Assembly: GCA_046563655.1 (NCBI GenBank)
Contig: CM102283.1
Span: 8,556,001-8,620,000, forward strand
DNA: 64,000 nucleotides
Origin: Yuukianura sp. NJ FZ-2021
Taxonomy: Eukaryota
Direction of reading: 5' to 3'
Shown here: positions 34,148 to 47,838 of the stretch, in pieces
Layout of the letters: each line of letters starts with the position of its first letter
Numbering within the stretch: position 1 is the stretch's first letter
Translations under genes and position numbers: made by a program
Notes under the pieces: generated by a model
What the model saw: the letters and a program-made list of their open reading frames with translations, nothing else
What the model was told of the DNA's origin: nothing
The model's database searches: none

Positions 34148-37100
34148 TGCACGCTCAACTTCCGTCCAGCACTTGAATCCAATATCAAATCAACTTCAGA
34201 ATCACAGTCCTCTAATACGATTGGATCCAAAAGTACGTGACATAGCTCCCCTCCTGTAAAGTCAACATAAAGAATATGACGCTTTCACTTTCACAAAATT
34301 ACACAAAGGCGTTAGGAAGGGAGAGATGATGTTACCTCTTATGAGAAGTGGGTCCTTCCTTGACGTAAATAAGGCTCAGCCAATGACCTCATCTTTAAGT
34401 ACTTCTTCCTGTGCAAGGTTAATCCTTTTCTGGAAGTGTTTTAATCCGGACGGAAGCCGAGATGGGACGATCAGCTACTGAATTTCCTTATTAGTGATGA
34501 AGATGACTAAGGAAGACAACAGAGCCAGTGTATGTCGATTGAGCAAAATCTAATTAATCGTCTAAACTCGTTTTTGTGGGAAAATCTTATGTGGTCATTG
34601 GTGTGTCTGTTATCTCCATCGGATGTTAGTTGACTTAAGTACCCCTATAGTACTTTGTACGCGTTCTTATTCACCTGTAAAGAAAACCAACAAGCTTTTA
34701 TGAACGGATGATTACTTATAGTTACTTCCTTCGAAAGAACTTATAAAAGTTACCTGTGAGGTGATAATTGCCTGAGGAGAAGGGCGACAGGTGAGTGGAA
34801 TGGATACAAGGTAAAATTCTTAGGAAGATGCGTAGAATGACGATGGGAAGGGAATGACCGGTACCCTCTGTCACTACTTGGCCAGTATATCCCATTCAGT
34901 TTCACGAAAGCTGCCATTAGATGCTGTACCTGTAGTGGTCTAGGTGTTACAAAGGATTAGAATGGAGGTAAGAAGATCTCGATTTAAGATGCACATTCCT
35001 CCACATTCCTCACATGAGATATCACTACTTGAGAGTTTACCTTTCCTTCTGACAGGGGGACAGGGTTAACCAATCCTCTGAAATCGGTTATTACTGCCGT
35101 CTTCAGCTACCGGGTATACCGGCTGATTTTGTAATAGCCGGCAGAAACAGAATTAGCTAATCCGACCACACAAAAGTGTAATTTACTTTACGTTTTCAGT
35201 TTTTTATGTGATATGACACCGAGATTCTCATATATTCAATAAATGTCCGCATCCTCACACGCTATTAGTTTACAGTTTTTAATCTTCTCTGCATCAACGA
35301 CTTTCAATAAATGTTCCAGTATTCATTTTTGAGCAGTCCTTGTTATTTTCAATAGTTTCACACATGTGGTCAATCACTAATAAAGTTGTTTAGTTCTATT
35401 AACATGTATTTAACGTATCTTATCTTATTTATCTAACCATTCTAAGTATTAACATTACGTTTCTGTGATAAAACTCAAACCTCGCAACACCAATCATATG
35501 GCAAGCAGTGATGTGTGTTGACGGCCGAATTTGTACTTTCATCCGGGTTTCGACCGGTTCGGTGAACAACAGAAATCATAGGCATAGCTAACCCTGCTAG
35601 ACTGCACGCCGCCTCTCCTTTGACAGTACAAAATTCCTCCTCTTCCAATGCCCTAAACACTAAACACAAGTTGTGCTGTTTTCCTTGAGATGATGATTGA
35701 GCCCCTACTTAATCTGTCAAGATCACTTGACTAGTGGAAGTGGCTCAAAGGAGCACACGAGATCAGTCCACAAACACCATCTTCACGTTTCAGTCATCTT
35801 TTAGTTCAAGTGTCAAATTCAGGTTACCAAGGTCTTCCGACGTTCCAAAGTACCTCAACAGCTGACACGCAAAACATCTATCCCACCGACATTACGGCGA
35901 CAGTAAGGTTCAGGTACCGGGTACTTCCCGTGACATATCCCTTGATCTGAATCATGATTCAATCATTACCAAAAATAACATTGCAAAAAATATCATGTTT
36001 GTTGTGTCAGCGTATCCATAATACATCTTGTTGTCACTTCCAGAACTGCACTCGTCGCTGAATCTCCCTTCTGCGTGGTCACAGACATAAACTACGATAA
36101 AGAAGGAAGTCGCTTATCAATTGGTTATCCTTTCAATTGACGACAGCAGGAGTGAAGAACCAATTAAACCAAATCGATCAATCTGAAAGGTAAATATTAG
36201 CATTGGGTTAAACAGTTATCATGCAAGTTAACGTTTTGGACATGTGGTTTTTGCCTGGTTTCGATTTGACCAAAAAGTACTGAGCAAGTATTCAACATTT
36301 AAAGTTTTTACTTTCAAATTGCACCTAACGAGCCACATGCCACAAAATTCGTTTAACAACCATATTTTGCTGTGGTCAACATTTAACAATGCGAACATTT
36401 GACATTTTAGTGATCCACTAAAGATTCAGATTCGGCCCAAGAGTGGGTCATTTCGTTTTACTCTAAATAGGCTTGAGACAAGCTTGTCATATCAATTTAA
36501 ACCATTCCTGTCGTGATCTGTGAAGTTTACGGTTTAGATTTTATACGACTAAGGACAAAGACGTTCATATGCAAAGGATTTTTAAACGCTTTCTCTTCAA
36601 TTTCACACTTTGGTAATTAGATTTCATTTCTAGCTACTAAAAAAGCTTTCACTATAAAACGCAGCAGTAGTCGTCAACCTCCGTCAACTTGAGTAAGTTG
36701 CCATGCTCGTTAGCGTTTTAGCTGAACGTGAGTTACTTTCCGTTTATAGTATGCATGTTGTCTCAAAACGTTTTTACAAAATTTTATAATTTAGTGAAAC
36801 CTGGGTGAAATGCAGGGTCACAGCGCATGCGCATTGTTACATTTAGCAAACTACTGCTGCCGTTTCTTGTTCTCAGTAACTTAAATTAACTTCAATTGAC
36901 AAAACCATGAAACCGTTGAAAATTACTACCAAGGACGTTAATTGTAGGTCTAAGGTTTACTCCTTATTAGGAAAATATCATAATTCAACGTATGAATTAT
37001 GGTATAAGAACAATCATTGTCATTGTTCTGAATACGGAAGTTTTCAATGTCGTTAATTGGATTATGACCATGTCAGCACGCAAAACGCTTATGTCGTTGT

Positions 37101-38284
37101 GTGTCCCAGGATTTCCCTATTTGGCCATTTCAAAAGAATAAAGTGAATCATTGGACAATTTTCAGCATAGACAAATCTAGTAGCTAATGTGAGTTATAAT
37201 TTATAGAGAACTTTTAACATTTGATTGCAATTATAATCTTGATTATAAGTGCTAATTGAAAGTGTTAATTGGTCGACGTCACGGCGTCATTGGTTTGACC
37301 TGTTCAAGGCGCGGAAAGTTCTTTTACGTTGGTCGATAATAAATTTGTGCAAAAATTGGGTTCTGGGCGTGGAGCATGAATGCAAAATTAAAGCACAAAA
37401 TTTTTATTTTGCGTAATTTTGACCTTGGGGAACTTATCACTTGCTAATTCGTGTTTCTCCCCCCATCCATTGTGTCTTTTATCCATTATTGGGAACAGTT
37501 TAAGCATGAAACTATAGTAAAGTTTAGTAAAAATGGTAAACTATGGTAAGTTGGCAAATTGTGAACCATAACCAAACGACGACTCGTGGTACGGAATCCT
37601 TTGAGGATAAAGTATTTATATTTTTAGCAAGTGGATTACTATAATAAGTAGTAGCGTCCCACTGATGTTAAGTAGTCATCAACTAACATATTGGTAAAGC
37701 AATTAACTAACATTGGTACAAGTGAGGTGTTATGTTGTAATAGGAAATTGTTTTGTTAAGTGTAAATTGTCGCCTAACTTTTCAAAAGTTACGGTCTGTT
37801 GACCAGTACAAAGTGATGACTAGTATATTTTCAGTTGAAGTGTAAAAAGCCTATAATTCGGTGAATTTTAGTTTGTAAAGTGAAAAGTGACCCTGTTGAA
37901 AATTGAGCTGCGCATGAGCAGCAGTGCAGTAAGTGAAGCCAAGGACAACTTTTACTCAATATTCTTAAATCAAAGTAGTACCCCCAATTTCCTGTTTTTT
38001 TCTGTGCTTTTAAGAAAATGTCAACCATGTCAAATCAATTGTTCCTCAAAGAAACAAATTCTGTTCGCTTTCAATCTTAATTCAATTGAACAAAAAATTT
38101 CGTCATCTTCCTCTTCTGTTCGATTTTGAACCTTGAAATTAGCAAATCTTTCTCAATTTGAATTTGGCAACTTTTTTAAGTAAACCAAATCCTTGCGTTT
38201 GCTCTCGCGTTTGTAAATGCTGTTTCGTTATGCCTGCCACTTGACATTCCTCTTCCTGTTCATATGTTTTGTGTATGTAATGAC

Positions 38285-38447
38285 CAGACCTGCCAAAAAT
38301 ATTTACTAAATACCAGCGAAATATTTAAATAAATACATTATTTACTGAAAAAGCTTGAGGTATTTACTAACTTTACATTAAGGGCACGGAAAAGAAATAA
38401 ATATTTAGCATTATAGGTATGGGAACTAAATATTTTTGGCAGGTCTG
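38285..38447. mobile_element. hAT-type MITE, 163 bp
   Basis: Perfect 21-bp TIRs CAGACCTGCCAAAAATATTTA (38285-38305) and TAAATATTTTTGGCAGGTCTG (38427-38447). Perfect 8-bp TSD GTAATGAC at 38277-38284 and 38448-38455. Confidence 0.9.
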
Positions 38448-39123
38448 GTAATGACATCAAAATTTACTATTTCCATTTTTCAATGAATAATAGTTTTATC
38501 CTTTATCAAATTGGGACGAGGTTGTTATGTTTTTACGCCAAGTTGTGACTAAGCTCTGCCTAAGTTTTTTGATTTAGTCGATTGATAAACTGTAAATGGA
38601 AAAACAGATTCGATTGTTAGAGTAAACGCGGAGATGAAACTGGGATCAGTGATACGCAGAGTACGTGGTAATTGATAATCACTGTTGACATGCCTTTGCC
38701 CGATAAGATACGATTACTAAGTTGATCAACGGTAGGCCTCTTGTTAGGGTGTGATAAAAGTTTACTTTAGGTCGTCATGTACTTAAGTTATAGTTTGTTA
38801 TTCTGTAGACGAGTTTTAATCTTCCAAATCTCTGTTGCCTAATTTCAGGTTGTTGATGACTCGTGTGCTGATTGGAATCGTTAACTACTCTTTTTGCGTC
38901 AGTATTAATTCAACTCTACCGTCAGAGATGCAAACGACTTGGTAATAGTTTCAGTATTGGCAGGAAAAAATAGAAAGTGATTGTCTCTTGTTTAATTTAA
39001 CTCACTCTGTAATTATTTCAGGTAATTTCTGAAGTGTGGACAACAAAAAAAGCGAAACCAGAACTTAAATAGTGCGTTTAACTCCAATTTTTGAAGCATT
39101 GTTTTTTTAAAAACGTTTTTGGC

Positions 39124-42100
39124 ATGACGGACATGCGGACTGAAACGTTTTCGGAAGAGGAGTTTTGGCGAGAAGTTGCCAGTAATGGGACAACTACGGT
39201 GGATGAAGACGAGGGAAGAGGAAATGTCACCGACGAAGGTGAATTTTAGCTTCACTTGGTTTAATTTTGGTGCCAATTTTGTGCCAAAAGTGAATTTTGT
39301 GAAGTGCAGAATGGTTTTGACCTGCTTTGTTTGGATTTGTAGGTGAAACTGAAGCTGATTGGCTGAACGAAGTAGGTTTTGGAGAAATGTCGCAGCAGTG
39401 GCGACAGGGCAAGAGTTTACCGGAGAGTGACCTTGGAAATGCTGTGTTGAAGTTGAGCTTGAGGCCGCATCAAGCGGATGCTGTTCGCAAAAGAATCCGG
39501 ACGCTGAATGCCACGTTGAAGAAACGAAGAAAAAATCAACGCAGACCGCCCGATGTCCGCAGTTTTTTTCAAGAACCTTCTGAGAATAAGGTGAAATTGA
39601 GCAAAGAACAATCGAATTTCTGTTGTTTTTAAGTTAACTAATTAGTAATTAAGATTTTTTGGTGTCAGGATTCCTCTAGAAGTGCTACGCCGGATTCATT
39701 GGACTCTGGTGAATTTGTGGACTCATCACCACCGCGTCGTCCGTCTACTCCGAACTACATGGAGAATTTTATGTAAGTCGATACTTATAAATGTATAACG
39801 CCTCCGATACGCAGAAAATTAAAAATAGATGTTTAGGTATTTTGATTTAAGCAGTAGCGGGTAACATGAGAACGCAATTAATTACAAAGTAGGTCAAAAT
39901 CGTTTACTTTGCATCCAAACTGAATCATGTTTGTTATTTTGCAACTTTCCTGATTGGGTGATAGTGATTCAAAGAATTTGTCCAGATGAGAAACTAATGC
40001 TATGCCGAAACATGATTCAGTGGGTTAAGTGCTTCGTGTTGCGAAGTCGAGGTCATAGGTCAAGTTAACATTAACTTTAAAGCAGAAGTTTTTGAATTGT
40101 GATTTAATTTTCGTTTTTTTTTCTTGGTTCAACAGAAATCGGTCGACGGACGCAGGCGTGCCTTCATTTGTGTCTGTTTTTGACAATCAACCGTTGAGTA
40201 TCACATCGTCGCAGTCACCCCGAAGCAATAACATCTTTAGACATGCTATTCGATTTCCAATTAAGGGCAGTGCTACTGACGAAGGAGAAATTGCATCTGA
40301 CGATATCACTGGTAAGTACTTTGACACTATTTCACAATATTTTAAACTCAATTGTCAGATTTTTCTGAAAAATAGTGTTTCTTTTTGGAAATTTCTAGGA
40401 ATTGAGATGATCAACTATCACAATGTTGGAACGATTTACATGAAGGGATACCTGCACAGCCGAAAACCAATTCCAGCTCCAATTCCTACTCCGTTGACCC
40501 CGCAAAACAACCATTCCAATAACATTGACCTCAATACTAGAACTTACAATGTGTCGTCTACCAACATTGGATTTGCTGAAGAGCTGGCCAAACAACAACA
40601 ACATCTCCAAAATGGCTGTATGCTGGAAGAAGAAACGTTTGTAAGCAGCGAAATTCGAATTTTGGCGGCAAAAGTAGCAGTTTCTGAAAACATGATTTGG
40701 TTTTCATTAATATCTTTTCCTAATTCTTGTTTGCAGACTGAAAATTCCTTTGTGGATCCTTCTGGCTTAACGAGACTCAGCGACTTGAGTGAAGACGATG
40801 TGAAAAACCTTAGACGAATTTTATTGATGGAACTGACAGCCCAATGTGATCATCTCAACATCCAAATCAGACGAAGAAAAATTCCGAAAGGTGTGAAAAA
40901 ACCGAGTTTCGGAGAAGAGCCACCTACTGGAGTCTTCGGTTTGAGTTTGGAGACGCTTCTGAACAAAGACCGAAAAGTTACTGGAGAACCCACTCTCCAA
41001 GTACCCATAGCCTTTGAAAAACTGCTCAACTTTCTTTGGAAGAGGGCGCTCAACGATGAGGTAAATACCAAAACTAACAAAATTTTTTTAGGAATTTTCA
41101 TAATTTTGAACAATTCTCATACTGATTTTGTACTAATTTTTTAAATTTTCGCAGGGTCTTTTGCGACTTGGTGGAAACAAGGCAAAGATAAATGACCTCA
41201 AAACTATTTTTGAATCTAGTCTTTACTCTGAACCAGAGCAAGTGAGTTATTTTTGGAAATCAAATGAATGGGGAAAAACGTATAATTGTGATTACTAATT
41301 GACTAATTTTGTTGTTTTTTAGGTGGATGCAGCGATGAGTCAGTGCTCGTCACATGATGTGGCTAATTTGCTCAAGCAATTTATTCGAGAGCTCCCGGTT
41401 CCATTATTAGGATACGAATATATCGACACGTTTTTTGACATTGCCGGTAAAATTGTGGTTACATTTTTTTTTTAACTTTTAAGTTGTTTAGAAAAAGTTG
41501 TCATTTTTTATGATTTTTTCAACATTTTTAGCCGATTTGAAAGATAGAAGCCAAGAAAGCTGTCTGCGTCTGCTTGTACTTTTGTTGCCGCAGAGTCATC
41601 AAGCAGTTCTGAGTCTTTTGCTGGACTTTATCCGAGATCTGGTCAAGAATTGTGAAGTGAACAAAATGGGCTTATGCAATGTCGCTATGATTTTGGCACC
41701 AAATCTCGTCCCGTCATCTGCTCTTAACATTAGATCACAGACCAAAGAGGTAAAAACCAATTTGAAATCAAAATTTTGATTTTGAAAAGAAGATTTTTCA
41801 ATTTTCAATTTCGATTTGTAGCTCAATCGAGCAGCAACTTGGGTTTGTCTGACTCAATCGCTGATTCGTACCGGTCCAGCACTGTTCGTTGTTCCTTCTG
41901 ATCTGTTGTCTCAAATGAGACAGTGTAATGACTTACTCCGGCAGAAGAAACTGAAAGGAATGAGAAAAACAGTATCGGCTCAGAATTCTTCATCTCTGAC
42001 CGTGTCAGCTCCGCAACTCGGATTTCCTGAATACTGTATTCCAGTACATGCTGGAACTACTGCCGGTGACATCGTTTCATAGTACGAAACCACAAGCATA

Positions 42101-44057
42101 TATCACATTTTCACTTTTGTTGATGAAATTTTCTGAAATATCTTTGAAAACTTTTTTTTTTGAATTTTCAGTTTACTGGAAGAGGCTGAACGAAATCTGG
42201 AAGAGAAGGGGACTGCCGTCACATCACCAGTCGGAGCTGGAAATCGTCGCCGCGGCGGTGGTCGTGGCGACATTGTGAAGGCTCCTCAAGGACCCAATTT
42301 GAGTTGTCTTCTTGCTCAGGTCAACAAGGACATAACGCTAAAGAGTCACGCTCTATTTGAAGTTGGCGGCAATGTTGGTAAGTTTGAAACTTTCAAAAAA
42401 AATCGTTTAATTTTTTTTACATTTTTGAAAATGGAAAAGACATCAGCACTTTTGTCTCTCTCCCAAAGTGAAATTCTGAAATTGAATTGAGCCAAATGAT
42501 TATTGAAATGGACAGAGTGTGGGGTTTTCTTGGAAATCAATTTTGTGAAACCGGAGAAGAAAGATTTCCCTATGGAAAAGAAAAGTTAACGTTAGGAAAG
42601 ATGTGTCTTGAGAATCTTCTCTGGAGACCATTGTCTCAACTCAGCCATTCAATGTTCTTCAGATGGAGGTTTCCAGCATAATGGATCCAGAAACAGCATT
42701 TTCCTGTTCTAGATCCAGCAACAGTATTTTTCCTGTCGGTTCCACCTGCTTTCGTCCTGTTTTTCAAAAAGTGTGAGATTGATTTCTGTTGAATGTTGAT
42801 CCAGGTCATCGCCTTTTCTCTTTTGTAGGTCAGGGAGAAAAGTTTGTGATTTCTCTCCTGTCGGTCTCAATTTCATTCAATGGAAATTTCAATGGTGGTG
42901 AATAATTGAGTTTTCGTGAAGAAAGAAAATGGCTTCTTTTTCACGCCAACACCATTCAGTTTCTTTGTTTTTAGCTTCCTGGAAAGCCTAAACTTTCTTT
43001 TCTGAATTGATTGAGGTTGAGTGCCTTTGGTGTTTCGGATTGGAAGTTGAACGGGAAAAGTTGAAAATGAGGCCAATTTGGTTAAGAGTGAAACAGAGAG
43101 TGGGAAAACTCTACCGGAAAATTGAGAAAATCGAAAACTTCCTTTTGTTTTCTAAGAATTTATGGGTGCTTTTGTTCTAATGATTATTTTAGGATAGGAA
43201 AAGATAGGCTTTTTGGGAACATCGCTTGACTTTTGTTCTAAAACAATGAAAAAGTGGCAGGAGAAAGTAAAATTGTGTTGTGTTCTTTAAAAACTAAAAC
43301 TTTTACACTTGATTAGTCGTTTGATGCTTTAAGTACAAATGGCTATCGGGCATTTGGGGAAAGTCAGAGCTAGAAGTACGTAGTAAAAGAGGCTGTTTCG
43401 TGATACAAGCAGTATCTAAATGGAACATCATTCAAACAGAACTCTTCGGTTTTCTGGTTTTGACAAAATGGGAGTAATCGGACTCCAGAATCGTGTTTTT
43501 CGGGTTAAAAAGCTTTTTCGAAGAGTCTTTGAGTCGTGACCGCAGAGGGAATTTGGAAAAAGGAGAAAGTTTTTCGGTTTGGAAGTGTCATTTAAAAGGA
43601 GATCGGGAATGTCTCTTTTGATTCTTTTGTTTTTTGATCTCCCGCTCTTTTCTTTTTTGAATTCTTGAGAGAGGTCAATGACCTCGGATAGATCAGTTGA
43701 CTGCGCATCGGATTTATTGCTTGAAAGGAGTATTTGCTGACAAGAAGACTTTTCTTTGAACATTGAACTTGCAAATGGAAAGAGAATTGGAGTAATTTGA
43801 GAAAATTTTAGTGTCAGGTTCAATTTGTTGACGGAAATGTCCAACCTAACCTAACTATTTTTGTTAGGACTCGTTTTTGGCAGAAATTTATGAAAAAATG
43901 ACATAACCTAATAAATTTTCATTTTTTTTTGTGTGATGCAGGCTATAGACGTGTGGATCCCTCTGCGCTTATCCCAGCGATCATCAGAGACAATCCGTCT
44001 GCAGCTTGGGTCCTCCGTTGCTCCCATAGACATTCCCAACCATTCCAGACAAACTGA
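39124..44057 (+). CDS. conu: Rho GTPase-activating protein, ARHGAP18/28/40 (Drosophila conundrum) type, about 12 exons
   Basis: N-terminal EEEFWREV...EGETEADWLNEVGF. RhoGAP domain: GVFGLSLETLLNKDRK...EGLLRLGG...HDVANLLKQFIRELPVPLL...NKMGLCNVAMILAPNL. C-terminal HALFEVGGNVGYRRVDP..AWVLRC, typical of this subfamily. Stop 44055-44057. Confidence 0.88.
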
Positions 44058-44828
44058 AAGAAAAGTGCAACGAAAAACTAAAATTTGGTACTCTAGGATT
44101 CCAAAAAGTAGGATTTTGTACTGTGAATTCAGAATGACCTTGAAAAATTGACAGTTTCTGGACGAAGAGACAATTAATTAATGAAAATTTTGTTACTTAA
44201 AAAAAGAGAGAGTTAGAGTTTATATTTATTTTCATTATGAGAACTATCAAAAATTTAACTTTTTTGGAATTGAATGTAATCTTGCCAGAGAAAGTTAACT
44301 TTAGTTGAAAAATGTTAGTGTTTTCCTTATTAGTTTGTAATTTAGCACCACTGTACTATGAAAGAGGTGGGAAAGTGTAAAATTTAGATGCGAAAGACGA
44401 TGCTGTTTCTTTTCTACTTTGTTGTTTGGTGCTTCAATACACTAAAGATAGAAAGTAAAGTGTAAATGATCACGAAAGGAAAGTTACACACTTTGAGTGT
44501 GTTTCAATTTTTCTGTTCAAGTTTCTGTTTACATGCGGCTATTTTGAACTTGGAAAAAAAGTTCGTTTTTCAAATAAGCTTTTAGGTGTTGAACTGTTTT
44601 CAAGCTTTTTCCGGCGTCGGATTTACAATTTAGTTTTGTTTACTTTTTTTTGGACAGTGTCACTTCTGCTATTTGTCTGCGAAATGGAAACTGAAACAGT
44701 TTTGTAGGTCACTGAAAATTGGTATTTAAGCGTAGCAGATTCAAGGTAAAGTGTGCAAGTATTTTTGAAATTAGTTTCTGTTTTGGTCAAGTTCAGCAAC
44801 ATTTTTGTTGTTTTTCGAAAAAACGAAA

Positions 44829-45887
44829 ATGCGTCTCTGGATTTTGTCTTTGGTTTGTGTGGGGCTTCTGTCTTTGACGCTGGAAGAAATCAGCGTCGAC
44901 GGAATTCCGTTCACCGGAGTAACGCCTAACCTTACCACAGGATGGTTCCATAAAACTGGGCCAACGGAATCTCTCCTGTTCGGTCTAATAGTTCTCAAGG
45001 TAAATTTATTACTTAGCCAATCAATCACTAACAGTCATTGATCGCTGGAAGCGTAGACGCTCCTTTTCCAGCCATTCCTTGACCTCCTTTTTACTAAATC
45101 TCTCCAGGGAGCTTTAACTTTTTTGATCTTTTCAATTTTTTGATGTTAGGTCATGGCACTTCGGATGGCTGGAGTCTTTCCGTATAATTTGAATAACTTA
45201 CTGGCTGAAGGGAACTTTCTGGACAACCAGCTCAAGTCATGGAGAAGGAAGAAGTCGACTAAGAGGAGTCAAAGGGACTTGGAAGCCCTTTTTAAGGGGT
45301 CAGAGGTCACGACTCTTGAAGAATCCGGAGAGTTCCAAATTCTGGAGCGAGTCCTGCTTGTAATTTTAAAATTTTGGCTTCTATGTGCTTTTAAACAGAG
45401 TTTTTTCCCTTTGAACAGCTCAAGTTTCAAAATGTTATTGAAATTTGGAAATGTTTTTGTCCTACTTTCAAACAGCACATTAGTTGTAACTATTTTGAAA
45501 AATTCTTGAAATTTTAGGGCTTGCGACGTATTGACTCCCACGACTGCTTTCTGGAGCACCTCTGTAACATGTCGCAGCGGCGACTGGCTGGACGCTCGAC
45601 GGCTTCAGAGGAACAAATTCTCCGAATTTTCAGGTTTTTCAAAACAAAATCCTCATTTTTTCAAAACTTGAGTGGGAATCTTGTATGCGCGTACTTCAGA
45701 TAAAAATTTTGAATTTTTTTTTTGAAAATTTTTCAGAATGAAGAACAAGCAAGGCAAGAGCAGCGTGTTGAACTTGTACGCTTCAGCACTGCACCCAGAA
45801 CCTACTGACTGCAGCGCCAAATTCAAACTCTGTCCGCTGGAGGACCAAGATTTTACGATGGCCAGCATCCTCAATGGACTTTTCTAA
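44829..45887 (+). CDS. Secreted 215-aa protein with a DM4/DM12-like four-cysteine C-terminal domain; 4 exons (44829-44999, 45150-45359, 45518-45633, 45737-45887)
   Basis: Signal peptide MRLWILSLVCVGLLSLTL; basic cleavage-like RRKKSTKRSQR; DSHDCFLEHLCNM and DCSAKFKLCP cysteine pattern. Exons total 648 nt in frame with GT-AG introns. The family call is from memory of the pattern. Confidence 0.75.
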
Positions 45888-47838
45888 TTTATTTATTATT
45901 TTCTTTATTTTTAATACATAAATTAGACAAATTGGACTTTTTCTAACTTATTACAATAACTTTTGAAATATCATTTGACCTTTGACCTTTGACTAAGAAT
46001 TGATTACCAGTAAAGGTCAACCAATGGAGTGCCAATTTCTCATTTCCTATTCAAATTCTATTCATTTTCAGTTCGTAAAGTAAGTTGAAGGGCCTCCTTG
46101 ACAGAAGGGCCCCCCAAGTGACCCCTTGGGAACAAAAACACCCATTACGAAACTGACCGTTTCCAAACAAGTCAATTGTTTTCAAATTACAACATTTTCC
46201 AAAAGTGGTCAATCCAATTGTGTCTATTGTTCCTCCATGCACCCTGCCCACCTTTTTCAAAAACTTTTCAAAATTTTGAAAGAGACTCTGGGGAGTATTT
46301 GACAATTTCGGACATGATGACCTGGGAGTAGCGATTTTTCAAAATCGGGATTGAGCATGCGCCTTTTCAAAATGCGTCACAAGAGAATGAAGTGGAAATT
46401 TTTGAGAGTCCATTCCACTTTGTAATTTTTGTGGTCTATTTTGTCCTGTTTTGGGTTTGTGTGTAATTTGAAGTGTTGGGAATCAATTGTTGACTTCTGA
46501 GTTGGAATCGGTGGCTCAAGTGGGCGTGTGGTGTGCAACTTGTTAAAGTGGAGCCAAAGTGAAAGTGGAAATGTGGAATGTCAATAATATGGATTCAGAG
46601 GATCCTTCTGGAAACGGGGATACTTGTCAAGTGGAAGAGAAAGTTTGGACCACTTAAACCACACTATTCTTTTCTTCTAACTGTGTGGAGACGGTGTTCA
46701 AAGGGCCTCTGAGTACTTGCCTAATCCTTCCTTCCACTACAAAAGTCATTCACCACCACTTTCCAGCATGTCACAGTCTAAAGTCTCTAATCTCCACTAA
46801 ATCTACCAAAAAGCGTCACAACATTACCAAGAAAAAAATAAAAAGTCTGTCTTTTTCCGAAAAAAGAGCCAAAAATGCATTATTTTTCAATTTATCTACT
46901 TTTTCTGTTCTTTCTAAAATTGAATCCAACAAAGAAAGGAAGCAGACGTGCGGAAAGCCATTTTGCAACTTTGGTTCTAAAAAAGTGAAATTTTACAACT
47001 TTTGTTTTTATGCATTTCGCCAATAATTTTTTTATGTAGTGCATCAGCTAATAAAATTTTGGAACAATTCCAAACAAAAAAATGAAACATGAACTCAAAA
47101 TTTCCAAATGCAAGTTTCACTTCTGAGTGAAAGCGCTAAGGCTTAAAATTCAAAATTAATTTTTTTTTCTAATTTTTTTTTGAAAAGTGATTTGTTCAGA
47201 TAATCATCGTCTATCATTTTTAGTCGTTTGTGATTGGACAGATCCTTTGAGCAGATAAAAATGGAAGTGCAAAGTGCAATATTGCAAGTCGTGTGACCTT
47301 TGTTCTCTCTCTCAAGGCTAAAAGTAAGCATTGGGCATTAGGCCTCGTTTGTTCATGTTAATTTGTTCATTCTGTGGTTTGTCATGGGAGAAAGTTCTTC
47401 CTTTCTCCCTCACTTTGTCCATTACCATAGGTTTACATTAGGTTTGGCTCCAGTGGGAAAGGGAAGTGGACGATTCTGTGCAATTATGGGACTGAAGGGA
47501 CGCTTGAATTGAATGGCAAAGGGCTCTGAGATTTGGTTCCTCCGAACTTTCCCACGCGCGACTCACACGCGTCATCCCCCTGTCAAAACGCACAAAAAAG
47601 AGATCCACCCTCTCTCGAACGACGCTCTGCTTTTGTTTTCAAAAGTTTTTCAAAAAAAAAAGTTGAAATTTTGAATTGTGTTTATTGCATTTACTTTTTT
47701 GAGATCTGTACATTATCTTACTTCTTAACGTGACTAGAAACTCGGAAAATGACTTTTATCCAATTCTATAAAAGCGAAAAAAATGAAATTTTTTTCAAAA
47801 GTACAAAATTTTGTTCTCATTTTTTGAGGTTAAACAGT

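Noticed and set aside
35475-36092. Cys-containing exon-like segments on the minus strand (e.g. QGICHGKYPVPEPYCRR, YVCDHAEGRFSDEC)
   Set aside because: They could not be joined into a consistent spliced ORF: in-frame stops, and the required intron is only ~23 nt. Possibly a decayed gene, but unsupported.
36656-36865. Short inverted repeat GCAGCAGTAGT / ACTACTGCTGC about 190 bp apart
   Set aside because: Only 11 bp are perfect and there is no TSD; too weak to call a MITE.
43428-43844. 138-aa minus-strand ORF inside the last RhoGAP intron
   Set aside because: Low-complexity K/S/L composition, no recognisable domain and no clear splice partners.
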